Assembly (NCBI RefSeq): GCF_009914755.1 | Contig: NC_060932.1 | Source: the human T2T-CHM13v2.0 reference genome, Homo sapiens | Strand: one strand, 5' to 3' | DNA: 64,000 nt | In this document: positions 13,187 through 29,199 of the stretch, one piece after another | Layout of the letters: every line of letters starts with the position of its first letter | How positions within the stretch are numbered: position 1 is the stretch's first letter | Notes under the pieces: model-generated | The model's database searches: none | What the model saw: only the letters and a program-made list of their open reading frames with translations | Told to the model about the DNA's origin: nothing | Program-made: the position numbers and the translations under genes

Positions 13187-14178
13187 CTGGATAAGGGAAG
13201 AAAATGCAAACACAGCAATTAACCAAAGTACAGATTGTCAAAGTTTGTTTGTGTTTAAAAAGGAAAGGATTCCATTAAAACTAATGAAATATATTGCTTT
13301 TGTAACTTAAGGTTTTATTTTATGATTTTTCTATAAAACATATGAAGTCAAGTATTCATGTTTTGTGGTCCTTCAAGACACAATAATCACTGGCTGACTT
13401 TTTTTAGTCTTTTCTAAAGAGAAAAAAATAAAACATCAAAGATAAAATTAATATTTAATTGCAGATTTTGAGAGATCAAAATGTAATATATAAAGCCTAA
13501 CTATGAAAGAAATATATTTCATCTAAACCAGTGTATGCTTTACCAGTTTATTACTTGAAGCTATAAAAATACTGCTGAAAATTTAGTTGCTCCCCAAAGC
13601 TCAATTTTTAAAAAAGGAAAGGTGTTATTCAATATTTTAAACATTCCTAAATTACTATCAACTAAATTGAATAAAATGTCAAACTATTTGTAAACACTTT
13701 GGCACAGATGCTAATAATAAATGCATAATCACAAAAGCCCAGAAAAACAATAGTGACATCCTACAGACATAAAATAACTTCAAATAATTTTCCACATAAA
13801 TAGGGCAAAGTTTACATCTGTAATGAAGTTTAGTACACAATATTTTCATTTTAATGAAAACAAGAATGAATGTAGTTGTGATGTGGATAGATATTGAAAG
13901 TATTTATACGTAACTGCCATGCTCAGTCTAGTTTTTGAAAGTAAAAAGCCAAAAGGCATTATATTTAAATTCACCATGAAATTCTCTTAATGGGGTTAGC
14001 TTTAAACACAGTGAGGTATCCTATGATGAAAGAGAGACAGAAGAAAAGACAGGAAAAAAGATTACCATATTTGTATCCAGCCCACATATACTTTTAAGTA
14101 ACATTATTGAAGTACTTCCTTTAGGAATAAAATGTCAAATAACAATTTATATTTTTTCTAATGGAAATCTCCACTTAC

Positions 14179-14327
14179 CGTAGCTTCATTGCAAACTGTG
14201 CACTTAACCACATGCTGGTGAAGCTTGCCATCCAAATTGATTAGTGATTGGCACACACGGCAGTTTATTACTGGAATACCACTGGCGTCTGGACTGGCAA
14301 TGGCTGTATATGGAGGTGGGAGCTCCG
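14179..14327 (-). CDS. PIP4P2: PIP4P2 coding exon 2 ([50 protein letters not shown])
   Basis: Acceptor TTTTCAG|CG and donor ACG|GTAAGT; 149 nt keeps frame with exon 1; PPPY motif and two CxxC pairs; overlaps ORF-track 14158..14346. Confidence 0.97.
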
Positions 14328-16797
14328 CTGAAAAGATATTAGTCACTGAATCAGAGTCTTGGAGAAATTACTATGGCTGGTTTGAGTATAGAGGCAATAT
14401 AAGTAAAGAAGAAACAATCAAGATTTTCCCACGTTCTTTTATTTATTTTTCAAAGCTAGCCAATTTATCTTACTTTTAGAGCACAAACATCCATGAGACT
14501 CTTATCAAGTAAAATAATTCTTAACTCTGATAAAATCTAAATCATGTTTGCCTAGGTCTATCCCAATAACCCAGTTTCCTTTTACTAATCTATACTCAAA
14601 ATGTCACTCCATTCCTATTAGTAAATTCATACAGTCTCTAACAGGAGAGTGGTAATTTATGCCTACAATAAAAATTTTACACAAGTGATCTGATTCCCAG
14701 GAAATAAAAATGGTCGATGAAAGCAAAGTTTTAAAATTGCTTATCCATACATATAAATTATGTAGCTGTCATGCTCTGTCTTTATATTGGAACCAGTATA
14801 ATGACTGCTGGCTATGACAAGAATAAAACAAGGTGTTGGAGGAAGTCAAGAAGAAACAAAAATGAACCTAAGAAAACTAAACTTCTCAGCATGGAACAAA
14901 AATGGGAACCATGCTAATTTCAGACACAAAACAAAAATAAAGTAAATATAACAATTTTTAGTCTCAAAATTTACCTACCATTAAAAATGTAAGAAATGCA
15001 CCAAAGTGTTTATGAGTAAAAAAATGTAGTATGTGGGATTAAAAACTTCAAAAACCATAACAACAACCACCACAAAAAGAATGGGGAACCAGATGAAACA
15101 AGTAGCAAAATGTTGATAACTGATGAATATAATGACATGGAAGGTCATAGTTTCACACTACTTTTGTGTATGTTTGAAAATTCCCATAATACAAAGACAC
15201 ACACACAGTGTTTTTTTTGAGAGTCCTAAGGTTGACTCAGTGAGTGAGTGAAGGGTGGAGGCCCACTTTCAAAATCAAGTATCTACCAGAAGTGTATATT
15301 TGTTACAAAAGTCTGAGAAAAGGAATCCTGATATACTACTCTGGAATGGGATTTCTAAAGGAGACTGCCTAACCCCTTTCTGTAACTATCTCAACTACAG
15401 GAATAGAAGACTTTTCCAAGGTAAAGTTTTGTCTTGGGACATTTAGAAAGGGCCACACTCTAACATATGATTGAAGCACGAAAGAGAACTGGTATCTCAA
15501 GAGGCTTCTGTAACACTATAAAATATAATCACAATAGCTAAGCATAATAAGAGCTATTTTTGAAATAAAGGTTTTCTATCCACTGTATTAGGTCCTAAAC
15601 TTTGTGATATTTTAAAAAGAATTAGAGCATAAAACATTTTGGTATGTTTAAAATACACATATTTCTACCTGATCCTTGGGTTATAATATAGGATTTTTTT
15701 CAGACTGCTAAGGATTAGCAACAAGTGGTATTCGTTCAAATGATTCATAAGACAAATTTCTGCAGCAGCCAAGGCTCTGAAAGAGGCCACTTTGAAATGA
15801 CGATATGCTTATGTTTCTGGGAGGCTTATAACAGAACACTGCCAAACACTGAAATTCAAAAGAAGCTGTACATGTCTTAAATTATAAAAATAATTTTAAA
15901 TCCATGAAAAGAATTTGAGCGTGATCCAGAGTGACCTGTAATGTATTAATCAAGAAGAAAAAAACATGTTAAAGAAACAATGAGTCAACAATATACTTAA
16001 GGTCTTGCAATTTGCAGATTACTTTGTCAGATCTCAATAAAGACATTATTCTTGGGGAAAGAATATGTACCTCACTAGAAATTCAAGACACACTGCCTGG
16101 TATATGATAATGAATATTATTTTAATAATTATTTGCAGTAGCATTATTAACAAAAGTTGCTTCCTCTCTGGCCTTTTCCTTGAGTTGTACAGTAACATTA
16201 CATAGTTCTCTCGTAATCCCAGGTCTCTATCTTACACAGTATGATAGAAAGGAAACTTAAATGCAAGACAGTTTTATAAAGAAAACAAGGGCATTAGGGG
16301 GAGAGGAGGAAGTGACATATTGCTACACTACATAAAAGGACACCAACCCATACACTCCTCAGCTTTGCTCAAAGAAATCTCCTAAGAAAATTTCAGAGGG
16401 TGATCTTAACAATCATTAAAAGGGCATTAGAGCCAGTAAAACCCTGTGAATTTTTCTTCTAAGATTTGTACTATATAATTTTTAATCTGCCAAAAAAAAA
16501 ACGCCTTCAATGACAGAAATATGCTCAAATCTACTCTTTTGGAGGCTTGGGAAGTGGAGGGACATGGACAGAACAAGCAGTGAAGATTATAAATCTAATA
16601 TAAGAGAGACCATAAGCTCCACGAGGCCAGGGGCACATCTGGTTTGTCCACAGCTACTTCACCAGCGCTTGTCATAATGCCTGGTCTATGATGATGCTTA
16701 CTAAATGTTTATTCAATGGTTGAATTAATTAATAAATCAGCGAGTCACTAAAATTTATTAGACATATCTATTTGTCTTGGAAAAATAACACCAAGTA

Positions 16798-16878
16798 TTA
16801 GGTTGCTGCAAAAGTAACTGCGGTTTTTGCTACGACTTTCAAATAGCAAAAACCGCAATTACTTTTGCACCAACCTAA
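16798..16878. mobile_element. MADE1 (Hsmar1-derived MITE)
   Basis: 35-bp inverted arms TTAGGTTG(C/G)TGCAAAAGTAA(C/T)TGCGGTTTTTGCTA; TA TSD at 16796-16797 and 16879-16880. Confidence 0.95.
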
Positions 16879-17402
16879 TACATTAACCCTACTCTCCTTG
16901 CAGAGGAGCTAAGGTTCTAGCAGGGGAGTGCAGCTTGATGGAAAACAAGGGCTTCTTTTATATAGAAGACAACTCTCTCCAAATAATGCACTGAGAGAGG
17001 TGAAGTAGTCAGGGGACACTGGCCTGGCCCACCAGATAAATGGAATCAATCCAAGAGATCAATAGAATGACAGATGCTGCAGCCTAATTGCCACAATAAA
17101 CAGTGCTTCCTGGCCTTTCATTTCAATGTTCTATCCATTACTTCAGCCTTAAACTGATTTAGACAGATTATTTCTTGTACTTTTGGCCTTTCCCTTTCTC
17201 TCAGATTTTACCTCAAGGAAACATTTACTTGTAGCTCCATCTCCTCTTATATGGGACTTGTAATTCTGGAGATTCCACAGTTAGTAAACCTACAATAATT
17301 AGAATAAGATTATTAATTTAAATGATTAATAATTGGATTATTATAGATTAAACCTATAATAATTAAATTAACTTAGATTTATTCATTTTGTCTCTTTTCA
17401 CT

Positions 17403-17508
17403 TTGGCATAATCATAGCTCAATACAGTCTTGAACTCCTGGGCTTAAGTGATCTTCTCACCTCAGCTTCCTCGGTAGCTGGGAATACAGGCATGCACCAC
17501 CATGCCTA
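17403..17508 (-). mobile_element. Alu monomer fragment
   Basis: atcatagctc ... gaactcctgggcttaagtgatc ... aggcatgcaccaccatgcct. Confidence 0.8.
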
Positions 17509-18979
17509 TATTTTCACTTTAAAACAACCGATCACCAGTATCCTACCTATTTTAAATTTCTGCACTACATTTAAAAAGTCCACTGTAATCTCAGAACTTA
17601 GGATCATTAGATGTTGAAAGTCACAAAAATTCCTCATTTTGGAAAAGTCTTACTTGTTATCTAAACAATGGTCATTTTTCTCCATGGGGTTTTTCTAAAT
17701 TAAAAAGCTTTTTTCCTCCATGTGAGCAGTATTTGTTAGGCCAGTAGTCCTTAATCCTAAAAAAAAACTCCCTCAAAGCTCCAGAATAGAACAATGTTAG
17801 AAATTCAAACAATCTTTGGAATTATGAAGTCTAATTTCTTTATTTTACAAAGGAGAAAACAAACCCAGAAATTCTGACTTTTTAAGGGTTATACACAACT
17901 TCAGCAAAGCCAAGAGCTGACTCCTGTTCTGGAGATCGCTCCACAATAACAGCTGTCTCCTTTAATAAATAATGACTTAATACAGGGAAAATATTTAAGG
18001 ACCAATGGGGGGATTTTTCTAGGAACAAGCAAACATCTGATAATGTAGATTTCTGGAGAATGAAATCTTGGTTAAAGAGAATTAAGAGGAAGAGGAGAAG
18101 GAAGAATCGGGGTGGGGGGGAATTAGAATATATTTTAAAAAGAAGAATCATTTCACAGTAAAAACTTCAGAGAAAAACGGACTCATAAAAGGGAGAGAAT
18201 GATAGTTTATGGATCACAAGGCATACATAATGATCTTTCTAAAACACTCAAAAGGAAGCATTATATCCTGTAAACCCACAAGTGATCAGATTACATTTCT
18301 CATCACATTTACCTAATTTATCTATTTTATGCCAAACAGCCCCTCTGTCTTGCTAATTCATCCTGGTGTATTAATCCATATTTCATCTTTTCTCAGATAT
18401 ATCCTCCAGTATTTTAAAGATTTAAATTGTTTTGTTGGATTGCTCTGACCTTTATTATCTCAATTATTCCTTTATACGTCTCCTCAATGACAATATTTGG
18501 CAGTTTAATTCACTTACTACATTAGCATCCTCTATATGCAGCCCTTCAGGCTCTTGACAAAGATGTTATATCAAAACTGAAAATGACGTCAGCTTAAAAT
18601 GAGAGATATTTTACGATTATAAGAGGAGCAAGAAAAGTATAAAAGAGCAGCCTTTGAGGAAAGCCTGGCTTTTTTCTCCTCTAATTTTCATTGCAAGTAT
18701 TCATTTTCCCTAGTATCTTTGTGCAGAATGTAGGTTAGGGACAGACTTAGCTTGGCCACTATGGGTTAGCTGCTTTTAGTGTCACACTTCTCCAGTTCAG
18801 TTCAATACAGAGCAAACGAAGACCACTTTCTGCTCCTCCCCACCTTTGAAACCAAAGAAAACTATTTTAGGAGACTCAAGTTCTCCCAGAACAATGACAT
18901 TCTTGGAAAAATTCATCTGGCTGAAGACAGGTTGAAAAGGAAATATGCTAGTTATCAGGTTACTGACCCTCAGTTCCAA

Positions 18980-19624
18980 ATCCACCTTTACTCTCTTTCG
19001 TGATGCTGGAGCAGGAACTCTGCAAACCACATTTTGGTTTTGTCAGCCGGCTCCAGGATATGTTCTTAATAGGAGGTGATATTGGGAGGCTGCAAGGCTG
19101 GAGGAGAAATAAGGGACTTATTCCTTCTATTTGTTACCTGTTTGCTCCCAATCTGCTTGCTGTTTCTCTGAACATCACCCTAGGAGTATTACTTCACCCT
19201 GGCAGTGGTAGTTCTTTCCCCTGGGAACACTGAAGTCAGTTTATAGTTTTCAACATTCGCCAGAACCAGCTTCCTTGTGTAGACCCCCACACCAAATAGC
19301 CAGTGCTCCTTCCCAAGGAAGGAGTTCAGAGAGTTTCTCTAGAGTTCAGAGACACCAGCACAAGCTAGCCAGTGCTTCTTCAGAAGTCATATTTCAGTTC
19401 TGCAGGACCCCTCCTCTAAGTTACTAGGTTTTAGTAAGTCCAATCTCTTCCCTTTTTTCCCGTAGCCCTAGTGGTGGCAGTTGCTTCTTGCTACCTCCTT
19501 GATACCTTAGAGTAATATGTTTACCTTACAGTTACCTAGTTAGTAACTTTATACTTGGTTAATGATTCTTTATATTAAACTCCATTTTGTGGTTTCTATC
19601 TTCTGACCAATCCTGACTGATATA
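18980..19624 (+). mobile_element. ERVL LTR (LTR33-like)
   Basis: Ends attaaac...ggtttctatcttctgaccaatcctgactgatata, directly followed by ERVL-like internal sequence. Confidence 0.6.
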
Positions 19625-21725
19625 GAAATTCATATCAGAAGTGATCTCAGGAAACAATTCCTCAAAGATGGAATTGGAGAAGTGGTTTGGTGAACTTGAG
19701 CTTAAATGCTATGCCAAACTCCTTACCAATGGGAAATGGGATGGTAGTAATCTGTGACACATGGTGCCATCCTGATGAATCAGATTATCCCCAGTAGTTG
19801 ATTGTGATGTTTGTGGCTCCTTCACTTGAGCATTATGGTAGTAATAATTATTATATGGACTATGATGTGGATGGATCCTTATGAATGCATTGGGCCTCTA
19901 CAGACAGAAAATGAGAAGCTCCGGTCTTTAAATTCTCAGCTCAAGTCATGGTTAGAGAACCAGGGAATGTCTATCTTAACCTTAAAAGTATCACTTATTT
20001 CTAATAAACAAAGAATTTATTGCTGGAAATCAAACAGAAATATTAATTGTGCAAATTGCAAAATTATAACATCAAGTAATTCCACAGCCTTACTAGGTAA
20101 ATCCACAGCCTTATCAAGTTTCTCATTGAAAGTTGGGGCATTGATTGCAAATAAGTGGAACTCTAAAACTTGGAATGAGACCAACTGATTGTACCCAAAC
20201 AGAGCTGAAAATGTTAAACTCCTGAGTCACTCTGAACCTCCACTGCAAGTGGAAAATATCTTTCCTTCTTGTACCTAAGCCTTCCCTTGCTGGAAAACTC
20301 TGTAATGCCCTTGCCTGAGGCAGTTGCCTTACAAGGGGATGACCATTCTTCTTAAAATCCACCATCAAGCCCTTTGTCTCAAGATCCATAACTAAGGTCA
20401 AATCTCAACATGTTTCAGAAGGGCAAATACAAAGTCTAATTCAGTAAGAGGCAGCTTCTACATAAAATAATTGCAACATTTTGATAATATGTATTTCCAG
20501 AAACCTGGAGAGTACTTGTGAAGTGGATCCTAAGGGTGTTAAACCAAAGAGAATAAAACACAATAATGAATTTAGCGAGATTTTCTGGATTCAATCTTTG
20601 TTTTAAAGCTAGAAGTAGCTTTAAACATTTAGTTAATTGGTTGATGAAGACTTGGTCTTACATTTAGTGAGGCTGAGATGCTAGAATATCCCTAGAATAA
20701 TGCAGAAAACGCAATCAAAGGTATACAGAGTTAGGAATGTTGAAGTGGATTTATCATATGAAACCTGCATATTCATACCTCACTACCTCCCCTGGGAAGG
20801 GCCAGAGCATACTCCCTTCACTAAGGCATCAATAAATACATTATTTAGAGGAGCACATGCATCCTGCTGTGGTTTCCCTCCAATGCAGACCAGACATTAC
20901 AGTATGAGATGACTCCATTGAGATGTGCTGCCTGATTTCAATGAGGATGATGAAATCCTGGAGTAACAGGCCAAATAGCAGCAATTAAACACTGAATACA
21001 GGTGGGTGCATTTATTGCAAGAAGAAGTAGTGGATATTACAATATTTTGAGCCACAGGACTTTTGGCAGTGGCTAATTGAAATTAGCCTAGGATTGAAAT
21101 GGATGGGTTACCTGCAAAGATGTTGCTTGGTTGTATATCTTAGAAAAAACTCTAAGTATTTTAACCAGCAACCCAACTTTGGTAGCCACAAGAAAGAGAG
21201 AGTCACAATCTTTCAACCAGTTTCCAACAAAAGTAGGTTCAACGTGTACTGTAAATCTTCCTTCAAACTTTCTGCAAAGAGACCTGAGGCTATTTACAAG
21301 GCTATTTACAAGACTGTGTACTGGGGAAAAGAGAATACCCAGATGGTTCAGGAATTACTAGAAACTGGTGGTTAAACAGTGCTAATTCCAGAGGGACTCA
21401 AAGCGGCTATCAAGTGATAGATGATGTCTTAGCCCAGATCCAACTCACAGTGGTCCCAGTAGATATGGGGATCCACTCTGAGGTTATTTTATTAGTTATG
21501 AATATACAATTGGAACAAATATTCTTGGCAACCAGTAAAATTGCCAACTTTGTTCCCTGGCCCATAGGTTAATATAGGAATGGCCAAGTGGCAGTCCCCG
21601 GAACTGATACCAAAAGCAACACCACATCCCTGGGGAAATTTCAGAGATTGGTGCCACTAGGAAAGACCTGTTAAGATGCAAGGATGGTGATACCCATCAC
21701 ATCTTCATTCCACTTGCTTATTATC
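19625..21725 (+). mobile_element. ERVL internal remnant (gag to start of pol)
   Basis: gag-like ENEKLRSLNSQLK; pol-like QKQHHIPGEISEIGATRKDL near 21611, resembling ERVL QKQYRIPGGIAEISATIKDL; many stops. Confidence 0.75.
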
Positions 21726-21932
21726 TAAATTTGACGGCTGCTTCATAACTGAAGTGATGTGATAAGGCCGCTGTATGAGCTCTAGTGCCAGAGAAAGTCA
21801 AGAGTCTTTAGAATCAATATTTATTTTTTTAGGTAGGTGTTGAGAGAATATCCAGTGAATAAATCCCTTAAATTCTACTGTTTATCTGTAGCCCATGGAT
21901 TAATCGAATTTTATTTTAAAATACAGAAATTA

Positions 21933-22232
<300 letters not shown>

Positions 22233-22648
22233 GAAATTACTAAAGAAATCTAGGAATTAAACCATTAAAATGGCACCCCCACTGTAGCAAGCAGGGGTTA
22301 CAGCCATGGAGTTCTTCCCTTTGTCATGTGGATGTTTCTAATGAGGACAAAGATCTGACCACATGCTCTGCTGGATCACTTCTGTCTTTTGTTCCCACAT
22401 TCCTCCAGCAACCTGTAAAACTTTCAGTTCCTAAGTGACTTCATCATCACCATCATGACATCCTTCCTTATTTTCTCAGGCTATCATTCATTCATACAAT
22501 CAATATTTGTTAAGTGCCTAAATGTAGAAGTTCATAGGCAAGGGACTATAGTAGAGCTCCCTGATGAGACAGGAATCCTGTCTCCCTCCTTGTCTCTCCT
22601 TATGGGATCATATGCATAGATAAGTATTAAGATATGTAGTGCAAATGC

Positions 22649-23059
<411 letters not shown>

Positions 23060-23092
23060 CTACCTATAGGAAGAAAAAGTAGATCTCATTTG

Positions 23093-23149
23093 TGCCATTG
23101 CACAACAGACTGGGCGACAGAGCAAGACTCCATCTCAAAAAAAAAAAAA
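23093..23149 (+). mobile_element. Extremely 5'-truncated Alu (about 44 bp plus poly-A)
   Basis: tgccattgcacaacagactgggcgacagagcaagactccatctc(A)n flanked by TSD aaaaagtagatctcatttg. Confidence 0.9.
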
Positions 23150-23822
23150 AAAAAGTAGATCTCATTTGGAAAAGACTATAAATGGCTAATAAGTGTATGA
23201 GGCAATGAGTATGGTCTTAGGGAAAAGTGTATAGATAGTAATAGATCTTCCATCTCAAAACAGGATTCTTCCTATTAATATCTTTATAGGCTGGAGTAAT
23301 CAAGCAGGATGAAATAACATATGCAACTGCAAGGACCTATACAGAGATGTGGGGACACAGCCTAAAAAAATGGCTTTGTTAACATGTTTGAGGTACTAAT
23401 CCAAGACAAACTTCACAAATACCAATAATATAATGTAGCCAAAGTTTAATGTATTTATTACATATTAAATTTTTATTAGTAATATATTGGCATGGCTCAA
23501 AAATGAAAATCATGTAAAAAGGCATATGCTCAGAATTGTTACTCCAACCCTTATGCCCATTCGCCAAGTCTTACTTCAGAGATTTCCACTTATGTTATTA
23601 TTATGTATCCTTTAAGTATTCCTTGAGTGTAGCACAGGTAATATACACATATACATATTCTCATTTATTCCATCATTCTTACAAAAGAGAGTATGACTTA
23701 TAAACTATTCTTCATCTCATTGTTTTTTCATTTTACAGTGTATCTTTCCATAACTGTATATAGAGTTTAATAATTTCTTTTCCAGCATCATGTTGTTTCA
23801 TTCTATGGATATGACATGGCTT

Positions 23823-24000
23823 ATTATGGTGGTTTTACAAAAAAGCCACAACTTCTTTGGCACTGCTCCCATTGAGAGGTAAGGTCTTGAATCTGGGTAT
23901 TTGTAACTGCTTTGACAAATAGAGGATGGCAGAAATGACATTATATTTGACTTTTGAAGCTGGGTCATAAAAGACCACATGGCTTCCACTTAGGTCATCT
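23823..24000 (+). mobile_element. MaLR MLT1-type LTR fragment
   Basis: tatggtggttttacaaaaaagccacaacttctttggcactgctcccattgagagg ... ctgggtcataaaag. Confidence 0.6.
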
Positions 24001-24773
24001 TGTATTCAGGCATGTCTGATAGTTTTAATAATGACCTATGTCCTCATTAAGGGATGGTAGCAAATCCAAATACGACTTTTGCTGAGCCTGGCAAGGTATT
24101 TTATATAGAGAACTAGAACATGACAACCAAATTCTATAAACTTGGAAAATGCTTTTGTTACAAAACTTTAAAATAACTTTATATTAGTTTGTAAAATCCA
24201 TACAGCTAATAGAAATCAATGTTTATTTGGATATGTCCAATGGTCTAAAAGGTGTCTGAAAATCTCACTTTAAGTCTACTCACTATCATTTCTCTATATT
24301 GTTTCTCCTCTGGATTGTCAGTCTTAGCACTTAATCTCTCAAACAATAAAATGTCATATTGTAACATGCCGTCTTCCAAATTCTCCCCCTGTGGAAATCA
24401 CATGTTAAAAATGTCAAAAAATTCGGGGCTTTCTTGTACACTGTTTTAAAATCCTTACTACAGATTGACCAAGCCTAAATATCTCAATATGAGAGGAAGA
24501 AAAATTTTGCCATTGCCTTTAGAAGTAAATGCTTAGAATAAAATGCCCTAATCAATCATGCAGCACACACATGCAAATATATTCTACAGAGAAATAAAAC
24601 AGTGCATGCTAGTTGGGCTTCTAATTTTTACAAGAGTCATGTAACATCCTTAATCTTCAATATATTATCTTTCTCATTTCTAAAAGCATACTGGAAGGAA
24701 TAGCTATTTAGGTGAAAGAGGGACATTGGAAGTAAAAGAGTGAGATAAGAAAGGATAACAAGCATCTACATTT

Positions 24774-24927
24774 TAAATTTATAGATATATTTTCCTAAGT
24801 GTGTCCAGCTTCCTAAGAACAACTGTGTCATAAAATATAAAAGCCAAAGGTAAATTTATAGATATATTTTCCTAAGTGTGTCCAGCTTCCTAAGAACAAC
24901 TGTGTCATAAAATATAAAAGCCAAAGG
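24774..24927. repeat. Perfect 77-bp tandem duplication
   Basis: 24774-24850 is identical to 24851-24927. Confidence 0.95.
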
Positions 24928-25408
24928 AAACATAATGCACCACTCCTTGGATAAATGTGGGAAACTGAGGCCCTGAGATGTAAAGTAACGATTCCAAGGC
25001 CAAACAGGTAGTAACTGGCGGAGATAAAAAGCCTCAGGTCTCCCAAGCCAAACACTACCTGGTGGCAGACCTTCTCTGGACTCTAAAGGGAGTTAGTTAC
25101 ACAATACTTGCACAATGCACCTGAAGTCCAGAAAAAGGAACCATGCTTTTTGCTTTTTTCACATTTGGTTGTTGTGGTTTTTACAGAAGAAAAGGAACTC
25201 ACTTTACAACAGCAACTGGAAAAGAAAAAATCTAGAAAAGTTCAAAAGCAACATAAACTCCTTTGCACACCCCCATTACCACCAAAAATTTTTCTAAAAA
25301 AGCATAGAAACCCTCATAAAATAACAGAAACAGCAGGAAGAATGTATTCCTTTTCAGGAGCTACTATGGAATGCCATTCCCAATTTATTGAATACCTCTT
25401 ACTCATTA

Positions 25409-25847
<439 letters not shown>

Positions 25848-26084
25848 TTATGAACATCCCTCCTGTTAACTTTCTTCTCCAATATCTATATCCATCTAGC
25901 TAACATTTGTATGCATTTGGCAAACCTTCCAAAATTTTAACAGAATGCTCTACCCTACAAGTTTTACATTCTTGAAGAGTCTGCATAGTCCTTGGAAACA
26001 AACAGGAAATTGAGAGCATCGTCTCCCTCTCCAGGAAAATGCTACTGTACATTTAATAAATAATTGTTGAATGAAATTTGCTCT

Positions 26085-27190
<1,106 letters not shown>

Positions 27191-28669
27191 ATTTCTTAAT
27201 ATTTTAAAGATGCTCAGTATAGACAGAAGGAAATGTGGGCATTATAAAACAGAATATAAGAATCCTGGAGCCTGATGCCTACAGAATAATGACAAAAAGA
27301 CTACAACAGCAAATGAGCTCACCACCATACTGGAAAGCTAGAAGCCGATCTATTTCACCAATGTGTGGGCTCTATTTTTCCTTGAAGAGGATGTGGCCTC
27401 AGTGAAGCAAATTTTGATTCAAGAACCATTTTGAAAAAAATTCCCTTAAATGGAGCATTAGCATTAGCATAGCACAATAGGCTTCTCATATTTGCCAAGG
27501 CCCTGCTTGCTCAGTATCACAGCAGGTGAACACTCTACTGGGGCTTGGGGGAGCTTCAGGAAGCTGCTCTCAAATATCCTGCATCCTTTTCTCCTCATTG
27601 TGACAATCTGGCTTCCAGTGGGTTTCCGAATCCTTGGCAAGTAAAGTGAGAATTTAATCTAGTCTTACAATGGGTTGTGCATGTGGTAAGAGTCCCTGGA
27701 TCTGTGTCATCTCTTCCTGCCAATCCACAGACAACCTTATACTCTGCAAGTACGCAGGGAGACTCAGCAATTTAAAAGACTGCCAAAATGTATTCAATCT
27801 CTTTAATTCAGTAAAAGTCTAGCCTAGTGTAGAACATAGTTAAAAATGAACTAAGACCTTACCTAACTTTAAACTAAGACACTATCTCTAACCTTAGATT
27901 TCTCCAGGTATAGGACATGAGAGTCACTAAAAATAAACCTATTTACTGTAGGATTTCTAAGAAAGCATAAGAGTACATATTAAATGATATGTCTCAAAAC
28001 CAGGAGTCAATTTATTTTATTTTTCTACTCACTGAAAACATTTTCTCAAGCAATTTCAAGATTACATGTTTTTTAAAGGTGAAAAGGATATGGCAATGTC
28101 TTCTAAAACACAATTATGACAATTACGCTTCATAGAAAACCTAAATGAGCTTCAGAGTAAAGGAATATTAACCTTTTCATTTATGTTAAGCTGCTTTGAG
28201 GTCAGTTTACAATTAAAATAAAGGTACATTGGAATATTACATTAGATGGAAATAGATAATTCTTCAATTCTTTAAAAAGAGCTTGAATATAAACAAATAT
28301 AAACAACTGTCACTAAAGTCCCTAATGATCTCCATGACACTAACTTCAAAAGACATTTTTGGTCCTTACCATCTTTGCTCTTTCTTAAACTTTTGCATGA
28401 AGACTCCTTTCTTGAAGTATTTTCTTGCTCTTGACTCTGTGATATTATCATCTCCTGGTTTTTGTCACCTTGCCGGCAGCTACATTCACCTTCCTCTCCC
28501 TAGTCATTAAATGTGAAGGTTTTTCAAAGCTTTGTCCAGGCTTTCTCCTTTTCTTAGATTACTCTTTCTCCCTAGGTTATCTCATATGGAGCGCCTCAAA
28601 GTTTTTCACACTGTGGTACACAGAGAAAATGACAATATGTGTATGACATCTTAGAACTGGAGGTCGCTG

Positions 28670-28960
28670 GGCCTGGTGTGGTGGCTCATGCCTGTAATCC
28701 TGGCACTTTGGGAGGCCAAGGCAGGCAAATTGCTTGAGCCCAGGAGTTTGACACCAGCCTGGGCAAGCTGGTGAAACCTCATCTCTATAAAAAATACAAC
28801 AAAATTAGACGAGTGTGGTGGCTACTCAGGAGACTGAGGTGGGAGGATTAGTTGGGCCTGAGAGGTCAAGACTGCAGTGAGCTATGAGTATACCACTGCA
28901 CTCCGGCCTGAGCAACAGAGTAAGAACCTGTCTCAAGAAAAAAAAAACAAAACCAAAAAA
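28670..28960 (+). mobile_element. AluJ-like element
   Basis: Dimer with an internal deletion; aactggagg on both flanks. Confidence 0.88.
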
Positions 28961-29199
28961 ACTGGAGGCCTCTGGCCTGAAGGCTTTAATCACTACCTTA
29001 GCACATGTATGTTCCATCACAGCACATCTTATGGTAGGGCCCTGGGAAGTTCTGAATCAACATCCATGTATTTAGCTATCACCAATATGCAAATAACACA
29101 CAATTTTATATATTCAGCCCAGGCCCCGTTTCTTAGTCCTAAGAAACGAGGACTAAGAAGAGATATGACAACCGGATCTACACTACAGGTCCCATTTTG

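Noticed and set aside
19811-21681. Several ORFs of 60-125 aa
   Set aside because: Fragments of a decayed ERVL gag/pol with many stops and frameshifts; no sign of preservation.
24774-24927. Possible CRISPR-like or regular repeat array
   Set aside because: Only two abutting copies with no spacers, in eukaryotic intronic DNA; no CRISPR, tRNA or rRNA was seen in the window.
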